Assembly (NCBI GenBank): GCA_032718475.1
Contig: JAUCBJ010006975.1
Coordinates: forward strand, 62,001 to 126,000
DNA from: Nemertoderma westbladi
Lineage: Eukaryota; Animalia; Xenacoelomorpha
DNA: 64,000 bases
Direction: 5' to 3'
This document shows positions 63,001-64,000 of this stretch, piece after piece. The notes below the pieces were generated by a model. The model was not told the DNA's origin and did not search any database. It worked only from the letters and a program-made list of their open reading frames with translations. The position numbers were made by a program, and so were the translations under genes. Within the stretch, counting starts at the first letter, position 1; every line of letters starts with the position of its first letter.

Positions 63001-64000
63001 ACATTGAAACACTGGCACTACTGTGGAACATGGTTGCCCTATAGGTGAGTCAACATTGAAACACTGGCACTACTGTGGAACATGGTTGCCCTATAGGTGG
63101 GCCAACATTGAAACACTGGCACTACTGTGGAACATGGTTGCCCTATAGGTGAGTCAACATTGAAACACTGTCACTACTGTGGAACATGGTTGCCCTATAG
63201 GTGAGTCAACATTGAAACACTGGCACTACTGTGGAACATGGTTGCCCTATAGGTGAGTCAACATTGAAACACTGGCACTACTGTGGAACATGGTTGCTCT
63301 ATAGATGGGTCAACATTGAAACACTGGCACTACTGTGGAACATGGTTGACCTATAGGTGGCTCAACATTGAAACACTGGCACTACTGTAGAACATGGTTG
63401 CTCTATAGGTGGGTCAACATTGAAACACTGGCACTACTGTGGAACATGGTTACCCTATAGGTGGGTCAACATTGAAACACTGGCACTACTGTGGAACATG
63501 GTTGCTCTATAGGTGGGTCAACATTGAAACACTGGCACTAAACTGTGGAACATGGCTGCTCTATAGGTGGGTCAACATTGAAACACTGGCACTACTGTAG
63601 AACATGGTTGCTCTATAGATGGGTCAACATTGAAACACTGGCACTACTGTGGAACATGGTTGCCCTATAGGTGAGTCAACATTGAAACACTGGCACTACT
63701 GTGGAACATGGTTGCCCTATAGGTGGGTCAACATTGAAACACTGGCACTAAACTGTGGAACATGGCTGCTCTATAGGTGGGTCAACATTGAAACACTGGC
63801 ACTACTGTAGAACATGGTTGCTCTATAGATGGGTCAACATTGAAACACTGGCACTACTGTGGAACATGGTTGCCCTATAGGTGAGTCAACATTGAAACAC
63901 TGGCACTACTGTGGAACATGGTTGCCCTATAGGTGAGTCAACATTGAAACACTGGCACTACTGTAGAACATGGTTGCTCTATAGATGGGTCAACATTGAA
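39005..64000. repeat. 52-bp tandem satellite, about 480 copies, running off the window end
   Basis: Unit CCTATAGGTGGGTCAACATTGAAACACTGGCACTACTGTGGAACATGGTTGC, with recurrent variant monomers and local higher-order repeats. Confidence 0.99.

Noticed and set aside
39005-64000. CRISPR array or coding repeats (many 60-95 aa ORFs such as MEHGCPIGGSTLKHWHYCGTW)
   Set aside because: Monomers are head to tail with no unique spacers and no cas genes are present. The 52-bp unit is not a multiple of 3, so the ORFs are frame-cycling artefacts.

Overview
Eukaryotic, repeat-dense DNA, probably heterochromatic or pericentromeric and probably from an invertebrate animal (inferred from the element content). 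No intact host gene, rRNA, tRNA or CRISPR array is supported. About 1-23 kb is a nest of retrotransposons: the 3' end of a Ty1/copia (GalEa-like) element; a minus-strand BEL/Pao element A (long gag-protease, RT truncated just after YMDD); the plus-strand 3' remnant of a BEL/Pao-like element B (ORF, PPT, LTR); and a degraded minus-strand BEL/Pao element C whose integrase is split by a young 5'-truncated RTE-like LINE flanked by a perfect 135-bp duplication. About 23-29 kb holds a TTG-rich repeat, LINE fragments, a decayed LRR (F-box/LRR-type) exon and DNA-transposon relics. 29.0-36.2 kb is a 72-bp satellite. 36-39 kb holds small foldback/MITE elements and a pair of minimal hammerhead-like motifs. 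39-64 kb is a 52-bp satellite with higher-order structure. Most notable: elements A and B both carry a homologous, non-env accessory ORF that I do not recognise (RLY-x3-MYL-x4-PLP block plus CX2C...CX2H), apparently in the env position. Also notable: insertions at TA sites resembling Tc1/mariner excision footprints are fixed and amplified inside both satellites.
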